NCBI GenBank assembly: GCA_035301825.1
Contig: DATGTP010000034.1
Span: 1,290-65,289, forward strand
DNA: 64,000 nucleotides
Direction: 5' to 3'
Source of the DNA: Pseudogracilibacillus sp.
GTDB taxonomy: Bacteria; Bacillota; Bacilli; Bacillales; Amphibacillaceae
Positions 44,978-55,003 of the stretch are shown one piece after another. The notes beneath the pieces were generated by a model. It had not been told where the DNA came from. It did not search any database and was given only the letters and a program-made list of their open reading frames with translations. The position numbers and the translations under genes were made by a program. The first letter of the stretch is position 1. Each line of letters begins with the position of its first letter.

Positions 44978-46708
44978 ATGAATAATAATTCTATTAATAA
45001 TTCGGTCTTTTTACGTTTTGATTTTACAAATGAAGTGGAACCGGTTTGCTTTACAGAACCGGTCCAAATAATTACAACGAATCTACCAGATGAGGTCCCC
45101 CAATGTTTACAAGCCATTGAAAGAGCGACATCAGATGGGTATTATGTTGCTGGGTATATGAGTTTTGAACTGTCATATGCTCTTTTTTATCCTCATTTAT
45201 TGAAAGAACTGAAAAAGCCCCTCCTTTGGTTCGGGGTCTTCTCCGGCAAATGTGAGCATTTACTCCAGGGCGAGGGAGACTTTTCTATTAGTAAATGGAC
45301 GCTAACAAGTGACAAAGAGCGCTATGAAACAGATCTTAAACACATTTTGAAAGAAATTGATCAAGGTACTTATTCGCAAATTAATTACACGACCATGTGG
45401 CAAGCGGACTTCCAAGGCCATCCTTATGCCTATTATAAAGAGCTAAAACATGCACAGCAAGCTCATTATGCTGCTTTTTTACAATTACCGGATGAATATA
45501 TTGCTTCTCTTTCACCTGAACTCTTCTTTTACCGACATAAAGAGCAGATTAAAGTTCGCCCGATGAAAGGAACGATTCACCGTGGGAAGACTTATGAGGA
45601 AGACCTGGCTTTAAAAGAGTGGTTACAAACTTCCCATAAAAATCGGCAAGAAAATAAACTAACGACTGATTTAATGGTGGAGGAACTTGAAGAAATTGCG
45701 GACCATGTTCAAGTAACTAAGCCTTATATGATTGAACAATATCCAACCGTCTATCAAATGACATCTGAAGTTGAAGGGACTTTACATGAGACTGTCACAT
45801 TCTCACAATTAGTCAATCATTTATTCCCATGTACATCAATTGCTGGGACACCGAAAAAAGTAACCTTAAAAGAAATCAAGGCTTTAGAATCCTTTTCCCG
45901 CCATGTTTATTGTGGGGCCATTGGCTATATAACACCAGATGATGAGGCAATCTTTAATGTTCCTATTCGAACTTTACAGTTCGATAAAAAGGAAGGCCTT
46001 GCTTCCTATGGTGCAGGTGGAGCCATTACGAAAGGATCTGATATCGTTGAGGAATATAAAGAAGTATTAACGAAGACAGGTATTTTAAATAAAAAGTATG
46101 AGGCATTTGAATTAATTGAGACGCTTGCGATTAAAGAGGGTCAAGCCTTATATGACGAAGAACATCTCCAGCGTTTAATCCAATCGGCTTCCTATTTTAA
46201 CTATCCTTTTGATCAAGCAGCCTTCAAGCAAATTGTAAGCCAGGCTTGCCAGCAATATCAATCAGGTTATTGGCGTTTGCGTCTTACTTTAAATGAAGCA
46301 GGTTGTTTAGATCATACCGTGACAGAAGAAAGTGTGATCAAGGAAGCAGTCGTCACCTTTGCTGATGAACCCATTCATCGGAACAATATTTATTTATACC
46401 ATAAAACGACGAATCGAAAGATCTATCAAGAGCGAAAAGAGCAGCATCCCGATGTCTTTGATGTCCTACTCATGAATGAAAGACATGAAGTAACTGAGTT
46501 TACTATTGGTAATCTTGTCATTGAATTAGATGGCAAATTGTATACACCACCTGTCACAAGCGGTTTACTCGCCGGGACATTCAGGCAGTATTTATTAAAT
46601 GCAGGTCAGATTGAAGAAAAGGTTCTATATAAAGAAGATGTCTTGAAGGCAGAAAAAATCTGGCTCATTAATAGTGTAAGAGAATGGGTCAAGGTGAGCT
46701 TTCACTAA
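44978..46708 (+). CDS. pabB: Aminodeoxychorismate synthase component I fused to class IV aminotransferase/ADC lyase (PabB-PabC)
   Basis: SPELFF, PMKGT, LFPC.S..G.PK, YCGAIG, FNVPIRT; C-terminal HLQRL, HKTT, GLLAGTFR; start ATG 44978 just after ygzB stop. Confidence 0.8.
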   Translation: MNNNSINNSVFLRFDFTNEVEPVCFTEPVQIITTNLPDEVPQCLQAIERATSDGYYVAGYMSFELSYALFYPHLLKELKKPLLWFGVFSGKCEHLLQGEGDFSISKWTLTSDKERYETDLKHILKEIDQGTYSQINYTTMWQADFQGHPYAYYKELKHAQQAHYAAFLQLPDEYIASLSPELFFYRHKEQIKVRPMKGTIHRGKTYEEDLALKEWLQTSHKNRQENKLTTDLMVEELEEIADHVQVTKPYMIEQYPTVYQMTSEVEGTLHETVTFSQLVNHLFPCTSIAGTPKKVTLKEIKALESFSRHVYCGAIGYITPDDEAIFNVPIRTLQFDKKEGLASYGAGGAITKGSDIVEEYKEVLTKTGILNKKYEAFELIETLAIKEGQALYDEEHLQRLIQSASYFNYPFDQAAFKQIVSQACQQYQSGYWRLRLTLNEAGCLDHTVTEESVIKEAVVTFADEPIHRNNIYLYHKTTNRKIYQERKEQHPDVFDVLLMNERHEVTEFTIGNLVIELDGKLYTPPVTSGLLAGTFRQYLLNAGQIEEKVLYKEDVLKAEKIWLINSVREWVKVSFH

Positions 46709-46711
46709 TCA

Positions 46712-46747
46712 AAAAAAGTGCGCCATGTTTAGACATGACGCACTTTT
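46712..46747. terminator. Bidirectional terminator pabB/perR
   Basis: AAAAGTGCG.CATGT/ACATG.CGCACTTTT. Confidence 0.7.
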
Positions 46748-46749
46748 CT

Positions 46750-47190
46750 TTATGATGTAACTGCTACTTCAGAGCAATCTTCACATTTTCCGTACAATTC
46801 CATCCGATGATGACTAATATTAAAGCCACTTACTTTTTCAGCAAGTGATTCAATTTCATCTAAGGTTGGATAATGGAAATCAACAATCTTCCCACAATCT
46901 TCACATATAATATGATAGTGATCTGTAATGTTACTATCAAATCGACTTGAATCATCACCATAGGTTAACTCTCTAATTAAACCAAGTTCTTTTAATATAC
47001 GTAAGTTATTATATACAGTTGCAACACTCATACTTGGAAACTTCGGCTCTAATGCTTTGTAGATTTCATCTGCAGTTGGGTGTGACTTCGAAGTTAGTAA
47101 GTATTCAAGAACCGCATGACGTTGCGGAGTAATCCTTACTCCAGACTTTTTTAATGTTTCAATTGCTCGCTGTAGCTTGTCTTCTGCCAT
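46750..47190 (-). CDS. perR: Peroxide-responsive repressor PerR
   Basis: [40 protein letters not shown]; start 47190 or 47196. Confidence 0.93.
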   Translation of the reverse strand: MAEDKLQRAIETLKKSGVRITPQRHAVLEYLLTSKSHPTADEIYKALEPKFPSMSVATVYNNLRILKELGLIRELTYGDDSSRFDSNITDHYHIICEDCGKIVDFHYPTLDEIESLAEKVSGFNISHHRMELYGKCEDCSEVAVTS

Positions 47191-47239
47191 CGTCATGCAC
47201 CTCACTTTCGCTCGATATTTTATAATCACGATTATTAGA

Positions 47240-47254
47240 TTATAATGCTTATAA
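47240..47254. promoter_or_regulatory. Per box (PerR autoregulatory operator)
   Basis: TTATAATGCTTATAA, one mismatch to TTATAATnATTATAA. Confidence 0.75.
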
Positions 47255-47354
47255 TGTAAGTTTACCTTGTTTATGCAGTTAATGTCAATAAAAACAAGCT
47301 ATTTCACGCCTATTGGTCGAGACGAGAGCGAATCTTATTGAGAATAGTTAATAA

Positions 47355-47825
47355 TTAGGCTAAATTTTCTTTTACGAACTGTAAAGTCGCGTCAATATGG
47401 CCTTTCACACGAACTTTTCGTTCAGCTGAGCGAACAATGCCTTCCTTATCGATAATAAAGGTTGAGCGCTCAATACCATAATATTCACGGCCAAAGTTTT
47501 TCTTTAACTTCCAAACCTCGTATAAATTAGCCACTTCTTGTTCCTCGTCAGCTAATAAAGTAAAAGGTAATAAATGTTTTTCAATAAACTTTGTATGTCT
47601 TTCAATTGGATCTGGACTAACGCCAAGAATAACCGTATCATGATCTGCAAAAGCTTCATAATTATCTCTAAAGTCACATGCTTGTGTCGTACATCCTGGT
47701 GTCATGTCTTTTGGATAAAAGTATAAGACAACATTTTTACCACGATAATCAGCTAATGTAACATCTTTTCCATCTTGATCTTTCAATGTGAAATTTGGTG
47801 CTTCTTTCCCTACTTCTACTGTCAT
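47355..47825 (-). CDS. bcp: Thioredoxin-dependent peroxiredoxin Bcp (YgaF)
   Basis: YFYPKDMTPGCTTQACDFRD. Confidence 0.93.
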   Translation of the reverse strand: MTVEVGKEAPNFTLKDQDGKDVTLADYRGKNVVLYFYPKDMTPGCTTQACDFRDNYEAFADHDTVILGVSPDPIERHTKFIEKHLLPFTLLADEEQEVANLYEVWKLKKNFGREYYGIERSTFIIDKEGIVRSAERKVRVKGHIDATLQFVKENLA

Positions 47826-48026
47826 ATAAATCCCCTTCCTATTTATAAGCTTACATTTATTTTACGTATTAATCGAATCCATATCAATGAGAACGGCTTA
47901 GAGGGTCGAATTTCAAAGATTTTGCCATTGGGAAAAATCATCCATTAAACTCCTTGTATAAACATTCAAATTATTGTATAGTTAATACATCAAAATTGAA
48001 AATTACATTATTTAAGGAGTATTATA

Positions 48027-49367
48027 ATGAACAAAGTTAGAGTGACAGATCATTTAAAATTTATTATTCCATCATTAATTGGTATCTTTTTATTCATGAC
48101 ACCGATTAAAGTGGATGGAGACTTTACCATTCCAATTGCCGTTTTAGCTGGATTCGTAGAAGATGGCCTAGCAAGTTATTTATCATTAATTATGATGGTC
48201 ATTATCGTTTTAACAGCTGTCTTAACATTAATTTTCCGGATTAATCCCAAATTTGCTTATGACAAACCTTTTCTAAACAATTTATTTGTCGTGAGCCCTT
48301 TCTGGGTCATCGTTCGAATTTTAGCAGCGATCTTCGCTGTTATGGTCTTTTACAAGCTAGGGCCAGAAGCTGTCCATAGTGGAGACACAGGACAAATGCT
48401 CTTATCCGATTTATTACATACTTTATTCGCTGTCTTTTTATTCGCTGGCTTCTTTTTACCCTTGCTTACGAATTTTGGACTACTTGAATTTATCGGTACT
48501 TTTATGACAAAGGTAATGCGTCCCTTATTTAAATTGCCAGGCCGATCATCTGTTGATGCCTTAGCATCTTGGATTGGTGACGGAACGATCGGAGTTCTTT
48601 TAACGAGCAAGCAATATGAAGATGGCTTTTACACGAAACGAGAAGCAGCAGTCATCGGAACGACCTTCTCTATTGTATCGATTACATTTACACTGGTCAT
48701 TATCGATGAACTTAATTTAATGCATAAATTTTTACCATTTTATTTTACTGTCGTTGTAGCAGGACTAATTGCAGCTATCATTATGCCGCGCATTCCGCCA
48801 CTATCACGTAAGGCGAATTCATATGTCGATGGAAGTACAAGAGAGCTTGATGAATCAATTCCAGCTGAACATTCTATTCCTTCATATGGTTATGAAAAAG
48901 CAATTAAGCGTGCTAAAAAGGAAACAAGTTTTGTAAAATTTGTTAAAGACGGCTCACAAAACGTTCTCGACATGTGGATGGGCGTCGCACCTGTTGTCAT
49001 GGCATTCGGTTTAGTCGCATTAATCATCGCTGAATATACACCCGTTTTCCAATGGCTCGGAATGCCCTTCATCCCGATCCTACAAATGTTCGGTTTACCT
49101 GAAGCTCAAGAAGCATCACAAACCTTGTTAATTGGATTTGCTGACATGTTCTTACCAGCCATTATCGGATCAACGATTGAAGCAGATATTACACGCTTTG
49201 TAATTGGTGCTCTATCAGTGACACAATTAATTTATATGTCTGAAGTCGGAGGCCTCTTACTCGGTACAAAAATACCTGTCTCCTTCCGTGACTTAATCGT
49301 TATTTTCTTATTACGTACAGTCATTACATTACCAATCATCGTATTATTAGCACATCTATTCTTTTAA
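48027..49367 (+). CDS. YjiH family nucleoside-recognition (gate) domain membrane transporter
   Basis: GLLEFIG, MRPLFKLPGRS..D..ASW.G, GFADMFLP, IYMSEVG. Confidence 0.8.
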   Translation: MNKVRVTDHLKFIIPSLIGIFLFMTPIKVDGDFTIPIAVLAGFVEDGLASYLSLIMMVIIVLTAVLTLIFRINPKFAYDKPFLNNLFVVSPFWVIVRILAAIFAVMVFYKLGPEAVHSGDTGQMLLSDLLHTLFAVFLFAGFFLPLLTNFGLLEFIGTFMTKVMRPLFKLPGRSSVDALASWIGDGTIGVLLTSKQYEDGFYTKREAAVIGTTFSIVSITFTLVIIDELNLMHKFLPFYFTVVVAGLIAAIIMPRIPPLSRKANSYVDGSTRELDESIPAEHSIPSYGYEKAIKRAKKETSFVKFVKDGSQNVLDMWMGVAPVVMAFGLVALIIAEYTPVFQWLGMPFIPILQMFGLPEAQEASQTLLIGFADMFLPAIIGSTIEADITRFVIGALSVTQLIYMSEVGGLLLGTKIPVSFRDLIVIFLLRTVITLPIIVLLAHLFF

Positions 49368-49390
49368 TGATGAGACCATTAGCATAAAAG

Positions 49391-49744
49391 CTAGTGGTCT
49401 TTATTTTTTTGCATATGGACAAACTGCATGACAAAAGCAGTCGGTAAAATAAAACCAATCAAAGCTTGAACTAAAGCAAGAATCCGCCCCAGCCCAACTG
49501 GCGCCAAATCACCATAGCCAATCGTTAACATCGTCACCCCACTGAAATAAAAACATTCATACAATTGCTCTAGCAAGGATAAAGAAGCATAATGCACATT
49601 GTTATGAAAAACAAAACCTCGCCCAAGAACAAAATAGATGAGCGTAAAGCCAATAATCATCGTCCAATAAATAAGGAATAAGCTATAAAATAAGGACCGC
49701 GACATGACGGCAGTATAAGTCTTTAAGTAATGTCTTAAACTCAT
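49391..49744 (-). CDS. Two-TM potassium channel family protein
   Basis: FYFSGVTMLTIGYGD selectivity filter. Confidence 0.75.
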   Translation of the reverse strand: MSLRHYLKTYTAVMSRSLFYSLFLIYWTMIIGFTLIYFVLGRGFVFHNNVHYASLSLLEQLYECFYFSGVTMLTIGYGDLAPVGLGRILALVQALIGFILPTAFVMQFVHMQKNKDH

Positions 49745-49871
49745 AACAAGTACAAAGCCTACAAGTACAATAAAAAAAGTCTCCCTCGTCCGTCTTCACT
49801 CCTTTTACTTTTAGATTATGCTCTCCTCAACAAAAAAAGACTAGGAAAATCATTTCCTAGTCTTTTGCCTC

Positions 49872-51623
49872 TTATTTCATATGATCAAAGTCTTGTACTT
49901 CATACAAGTCATAATAACTCCCTTTTTTAGCTAACAACTCTTCATGTGTACCAACTTCCGTAATTTGTCCATGTTCCATAACGACAATCCGGTCAGCATG
50001 AGTAATCGTTGCTAAACGGTGAGCAACAATAAAGGTCGTCCGCTTCGCTGCTAATTTCTCCATAGCAAGTTGAATACTATGTTCACTCTCTAAGTCTAAA
50101 GCAGATGTTGCTTCATCAAAAATAAGAATAGATGGATTTTTCAAAAATACCCGAGCAATTGCAATGCGTTGTTGCTGACCACCTGATAGTTTTACCCCGC
50201 GCTCTCCGACAAGCGTATCATATTTATATGGTAAAGCTTCGATGAACTCATGCGCATTAGCAGCTTTCGCAGCCGCGATAACTTCTTCATCAGTCGCATC
50301 CGGATTTCCGAAACGAATATTCGCTTCAATCGATTCACTAAATAAAATATTGTCTTGTAATACCATTCCTATATTATCGCGTAAACTCCGCTGTTTAACA
50401 TCACGAATATCAATGCCATCTACTTTAATTGCCCCTTCAGTCACATCATAAAAACGCGAGAGAAGACTAATTAAAGTGGATTTTCCGCCCCCACTCATGC
50501 CGACAAGGGCAATCGTCTCACCAGCAGCCACTGATAAATTAATATCATTTAAGGCAGGTAGATCGTCATCATCATATTGGAAAGAGACATGTTCAACATC
50601 GACTTGTCCTTTTACCAGACCAATATCTTGCGCATCTTTTTTATCAACAATATCATAAGGTTCATTCATAAATTCCATAACCCGGTCAATCGATGCGATT
50701 GACTGTGTTAATTGTGTTGATGCGTTAATTAAACGTCGTAAAGGACTGTAAACACGTTCCATATAGCCTACGAAAGCTACCATGGTCCCTATTGTTAAAT
50801 TACCATTGATCACTTGGTAACCTGCATAAGCAATGACAAGTAAAGGTGCTAAATCTGTAATCGTATTCGTGACAGCAAATGTTTTCGCATTCCATTTTGT
50901 ATGATCGATTGCACGATCTAAAAAGTTTTTATTACGTTGATCGAATTGTTCCTGTTCATGATCTTCTAAAGCAAAACTCCGAGTAACTGAAATACCTTGA
51001 ACCCGTTCATGTAAGTGGCCTTGTACTTCTGCAAGTGCTTGTGAGCGTACACGTGTTAAACGACGCAGTTCTGCATAAAAGTGTTTGACCGCAAACCAGA
51101 AGAAAGGGAAAAGCACAATCGAAACGATTGTTAATTTCACATCCATCGTCATCATAATAATGATGGCAATTAAAATAGTCACAAGGTCCAGCCATACGTT
51201 CATTAAACCTGTAATAACAAAGTTTTTCGTCTGTTCCACATCATGAATGACACGTGAAATAATTTCACCTGTCTTCGTATTTGAATAATAACGTAAACTT
51301 AATTTTTGAATATGATCGAATAATTTATCCCGAATATCATACAAGATTTTACTTCCGACTAATTGAGCTAAATATTGACGTAAATATTCAATAGGCGGTC
51401 GTAAAATAGCAAAGATAAGGATGGCGATTCCCATAATCCAAAACAACTGCGATTGCTTGGCCGACTGACTCATATCCCCTTCAATAATCGAGTCAATGAC
51501 AAACTTCAAAATAAGCGGCGTTAATAAAGGGATGGCAAACTTTAAAATTCCGATTAAAATCGTCCAAATAATCTGCCAAAAATAAGGACGAACAAATTTC
51601 ATATACTGTTTAATACTATCCAT
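49872..51623 (-). CDS. ygaD: ABC exporter, fused permease/ATPase (YgaD/Sav1866-like)
   Basis: GEIISRVIHDVEQTK, GMSGGGKST, LSGGQQQR, DEATSALD. Confidence 0.9.
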   Translation of the reverse strand: MDSIKQYMKFVRPYFWQIIWTILIGILKFAIPLLTPLILKFVIDSIIEGDMSQSAKQSQLFWIMGIAILIFAILRPPIEYLRQYLAQLVGSKILYDIRDKLFDHIQKLSLRYYSNTKTGEIISRVIHDVEQTKNFVITGLMNVWLDLVTILIAIIIMMTMDVKLTIVSIVLFPFFWFAVKHFYAELRRLTRVRSQALAEVQGHLHERVQGISVTRSFALEDHEQEQFDQRNKNFLDRAIDHTKWNAKTFAVTNTITDLAPLLVIAYAGYQVINGNLTIGTMVAFVGYMERVYSPLRRLINASTQLTQSIASIDRVMEFMNEPYDIVDKKDAQDIGLVKGQVDVEHVSFQYDDDDLPALNDINLSVAAGETIALVGMSGGGKSTLISLLSRFYDVTEGAIKVDGIDIRDVKQRSLRDNIGMVLQDNILFSESIEANIRFGNPDATDEEVIAAAKAANAHEFIEALPYKYDTLVGERGVKLSGGQQQRIAIARVFLKNPSILIFDEATSALDLESEHSIQLAMEKLAAKRTTFIVAHRLATITHADRIVVMEHGQITEVGTHEELLAKKGSYYDLYEVQDFDHMK

Positions 51624-51684
51624 TGATACCTTCCTTTAAGTCATGACAAAACCTTGTCACATGAATGCAACAAGGCGTCTCATT

Positions 51685-52182
51685 TTATGTCCTATACGTA
51701 TCATACCAATAACGGACGAATTGGTCATTAAAAGGGGCTTCAGCCCGGGCAATCTTCCCCTTCACTTGCCTAACTGCCCCCTCAACCGCTTCAATCACTT
51801 CCAAATTATAAGCATACCTTTTTTGATTCACTTCAAATTCATCTTGATCGACAATCTCATATGATAAATCATCCTTGATGATCAAATCAATATCATAATC
51901 GGTATAGAGGAGCTGTCCTTCTTGCCAGCGTGCAGGGGAAGCAATATTACAATAGTAGTAGTAAGACTCATTTTCGAAAACAACAATGACATTAAACCAA
52001 TCACTTTTTGAAAAATAAAAGAGACTGACACCAACTGTTTCTTTTATTTTATTTTTCGAATCGGTCACTGGCGTATGATCATTCACACCGATCACATAAT
52101 CATTTCCTTCTTCTAAAATGACATTCTCATGCCAAATACGATGCATCCGTCCATCAGCTTTCACACTATGTATTTCAAACAA
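51685..52182 (-). CDS. ygaC: DUF402 family nucleoside di/triphosphatase (YgaC/Ntdp-like), divergent
   Basis: HS.K..G.MHRIW, WFNVI, YYCNIASP, YTDYDID, D.DEF. Confidence 0.75.
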   Translation of the reverse strand: MFEIHSVKADGRMHRIWHENVILEEGNDYVIGVNDHTPVTDSKNKIKETVGVSLFYFSKSDWFNVIVVFENESYYYYCNIASPARWQEGQLLYTDYDIDLIIKDDLSYEIVDQDEFEVNQKRYAYNLEVIEAVEGAVRQVKGKIARAEAPFNDQFVRYWYDTYRT

Positions 52183-52221
52183 TGATGACCACCCCTTTTC
52201 TTTATCTTACTCTTTTTTTAT

Positions 52222-52256
52222 AAAAAATGCCGAGATGAAAGACCCATCTCGGCATT
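52222..52256 (-). terminator. Intrinsic terminator of sspE
   Basis: AATGCCGAGATG...CATCTCGGCATT with A-run. Confidence 0.75.
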
Positions 52257-52263
52257 ATCCGTC

Positions 52264-52428
52264 CTATTTGTTTTCTTTTGACTTTTCGTTTTGCTTACGC
52301 ACTTCTTTTGCATCTGTTTCCTCTGCAAACTCAGAATCATACTGTTTTTTCTGAGGATTTTTAGCACGCTCGTTTTGCTTTTTCACATCGTCAATATTGG
52401 TACCTGATTTCGTTCTTTTTGGCATCAT
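52264..52428 (-). CDS. sspE: Gamma-type small acid-soluble spore protein
   Basis: Not in the ORF track; MMPKRTKSGTNIDDVKKQNERAKNPQKKQYDSEFAEETDAKEVRKQNEKSKENK, EFA.ET Gpr site, strong RBS GGAGGTG; synteny after mutY. Confidence 0.85.
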   Translation of the reverse strand: MMPKRTKSGTNIDDVKKQNERAKNPQKKQYDSEFAEETDAKEVRKQNEKSKENK

Positions 52429-52494
52429 ATCACCTCCACAAGTTTACTCTGTCCAAGGAGACAAGCATTTACTCGTGGATAGTTTTTCCTTTTT

Positions 52495-53553
52495 TTATAA
52501 TAAAGCTTTAATTTTTTGATGTGAAACGGAAAAAGGATAAGCATCTAAATCAGCTATGTTAACAAAGGTGAATGATTTTTTATTCTCTTCTGTCCATGTT
52601 ACATTCGCTTCATAAATATGTAAGTTCCATATTAAATGTGAAAAGACATGTTTAACATGACCAAGCTCTTCACTTAACTGCATAGGAACATGATAGTCAT
52701 TTTCTAGCCAATCATTGACCCGAACATTTTCTTTTGGAATCATCGGAAATTGCCACATATTTGCGAGTAATCCTTTACTTGGTCTTTGTTCAATCGCTAC
52801 TTGTCCATCTTCATTTTTTAAGATGACAGCATAATAGTCAATTACTTTTTGTTTTTTCTGCTTTCCTTTCACAGGTAATTGATCGACTAAACCTGTTTCA
52901 AATGCTTTACAATATTCACGTAAAGGACAATGCAAACAAGCTGGTTTTTTAGGTGAACAAATAAGCGCTCCAATTTCCATCAAGCCTTGATTAAAAGATG
53001 ACGGATCTTCTTCACTCACAACTTCCCGCATTATTGCCTCAAAGAGCTTCTTCGTTTTTGCCTCAGATATATTATCTTCAATGTCTAGTACACGAGACAT
53101 GACACGCATGACATTGCCGTCAACAGCCGGTTCTGGCATATCATATGCAATCGATAAGATTGCACCACGCGTATATGGACCAACCCCTTTTAATTGGCTA
53201 ATCTCTTTGACATTATTCGGTACCTTTCCATCAAAGTCTGCAACAACTTGTTTAGCGGCTTCATGCAAGTTCCGTGCTCTAGAATAATAGCCAAGTCCTT
53301 CCCACATTTTCAAAACAGCTTGTTCATCTGCTGCTGCTAAATCATAAACTGTTGGATAGTCTTTCATAAAACGTTCAAAATATGGAATAACCGTTGCCAC
53401 TTGTGTCTGTTGTAACATCACTTCAGATACCCAAATTTTATAAGGGTCCTTCGTTTTTCGCCAAGGCAGGTCACGTTTATTCGCTTCATACCAAGATAAT
53501 AATGATTGTTGAAATGCTTTTTTGTTGAAATACTGTAAAAATTCATTCGTCAT
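52495..53553 (-). CDS. mutY: A/G-specific adenine glycosylase
   Basis: RDLPWR, SEVMLQQT, GLGYYSRA, VDGNV, 4Fe-4S Cys cluster. Confidence 0.97.
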   Translation of the reverse strand: MTNEFLQYFNKKAFQQSLLSWYEANKRDLPWRKTKDPYKIWVSEVMLQQTQVATVIPYFERFMKDYPTVYDLAAADEQAVLKMWEGLGYYSRARNLHEAAKQVVADFDGKVPNNVKEISQLKGVGPYTRGAILSIAYDMPEPAVDGNVMRVMSRVLDIEDNISEAKTKKLFEAIMREVVSEEDPSSFNQGLMEIGALICSPKKPACLHCPLREYCKAFETGLVDQLPVKGKQKKQKVIDYYAVILKNEDGQVAIEQRPSKGLLANMWQFPMIPKENVRVNDWLENDYHVPMQLSEELGHVKHVFSHLIWNLHIYEANVTWTEENKKSFTFVNIADLDAYPFSVSHQKIKALL

Positions 53554-53621
53554 GAAAATGCCCCTTTATGATACAATAAAAGTAAGAATAATTATCTTAT
53601 AAATACAAGGAGATGCCTCAG

Positions 53622-54620
53622 ATGGATACAGGTACACATGTCGTTATGGGAGTTGCATTAGGTGGATTAGCAACCATTGATCCTGTGGTCAGTCAAGACC
53701 CAGTCTTATTTGGTGCGGTCTTTGCTGGAACGATGCTTGGATCACAAGCACCTGACTTTGATACCGTCTTAAAACTGAAAAGCAATGCAGCTTATATTCG
53801 AAATCACCGTGGCTTAACCCATTCCATACCGGCTGTCATTTTATGGGGAATTTTGATCGCTTCCCTCATCTATCTGATTGTACCGGATGTCGCCTTTTTC
53901 CACTTATGGTTATGGACCTTTATTGCCGTTATTTTACATGTCTTTGTTGATTTGTTTAATGCTTACGGTACACAAGCTCTGCGACCTTTTTCAAGCAAGT
54001 GGGTTGCCTTCGGATTTATTAATACATTTGACCCTTATATTTTCACCTTGCATCTTGCAGGGATTATTGCTTGGGTTTTAGGTGCTAGGCCAGCTGATAC
54101 CTTTATTATTATTTATATAATCATCATTTTATACTATATTAAACGCTATTTTGATAAACGAGAAATTGTTTTAAAAATTAAAGATAGTTTTAATGGTGTT
54201 GAAAATGTTTATACATCACCAACTCGAAAACAAAATCATTGGCGCATTGCCTTCTCAACGGAAACACGCTTTTTTGTTGGTGTCGTTGAAGATGGCCACA
54301 TTTATTTAATCGATGAGTTTGAACGGGTTGCCATGCCCGATACGAAACTAATTAACATTGCTAAAACAGATAAAAATATCGCTGCCTTTCTATCATTCTC
54401 ACCCATCTATCGATGGGAAGTGACAGCATATGAAAGATATACCGAAGTTCGTTTTATCGATCTACGCTATCGGTCTAAGGGACGCTACCCTTTCGTCGCT
54501 ATTTGTCATATAAATAATAAAGACCTAGTGACAAACTCCTATACAGGTTGGATTTTTTCAGAACATAAACTCCAAAACAAGCTCGCTTTTGGCGATGAAA
54601 TAAATAACAGCAAAGTATAA
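53622..54620 (+). CDS. yfhP: Metal-dependent hydrolase YfhP
   Basis: MDTGTH, SQAPDFD, HRGLTHS, LHVFVDLFNAYGTQ. Confidence 0.88.
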   Translation: MDTGTHVVMGVALGGLATIDPVVSQDPVLFGAVFAGTMLGSQAPDFDTVLKLKSNAAYIRNHRGLTHSIPAVILWGILIASLIYLIVPDVAFFHLWLWTFIAVILHVFVDLFNAYGTQALRPFSSKWVAFGFINTFDPYIFTLHLAGIIAWVLGARPADTFIIIYIIIILYYIKRYFDKREIVLKIKDSFNGVENVYTSPTRKQNHWRIAFSTETRFFVGVVEDGHIYLIDEFERVAMPDTKLINIAKTDKNIAAFLSFSPIYRWEVTAYERYTEVRFIDLRYRSKGRYPFVAICHINNKDLVTNSYTGWIFSEHKLQNKLAFGDEINNSKV

Positions 54621-54636
54621 TACTTTGCTGTTATTT

Positions 54637-54969
54637 TTATGCTTGTTTGTCGCCTAACATTGAAATCGGTAAGGCTTCTTCTACTTTTCTCATTTCACCT
54701 AACAAATTAATCCGATGTCCCCATGCCATGACACCATTAATATAATTCACATGGAAAGTATAGCCTGGATCTCCATTCAACTCATAAACCGTATGTTCTT
54801 CAAACTGATCTGGATTAATCATGTATGAAGCGACAATTTGCATTTTTCTTTCTATAATAGCCACTTTATTTACTTCTCCGACTTGTTCGGCTTTCAGTGA
54901 CTCCTCTTTTAATTTACCTAATTCATCACGTAATTGTTCTACTGTATAATCACTATATCGAATACTCAA
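54637..54969 (-). CDS. yfhH: YfhH family protein
   Basis: RYSDY..EQL..E, YINGVMAWG.R, ALPISML. Confidence 0.85.
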   Translation of the reverse strand: MSIRYSDYTVEQLRDELGKLKEESLKAEQVGEVNKVAIIERKMQIVASYMINPDQFEEHTVYELNGDPGYTFHVNYINGVMAWGHRINLLGEMRKVEEALPISMLGDKQA

Positions 54970-55003
54970 TTTGTTTCAGCTCCTTTTATGACCAACCTCT
55001 ATA

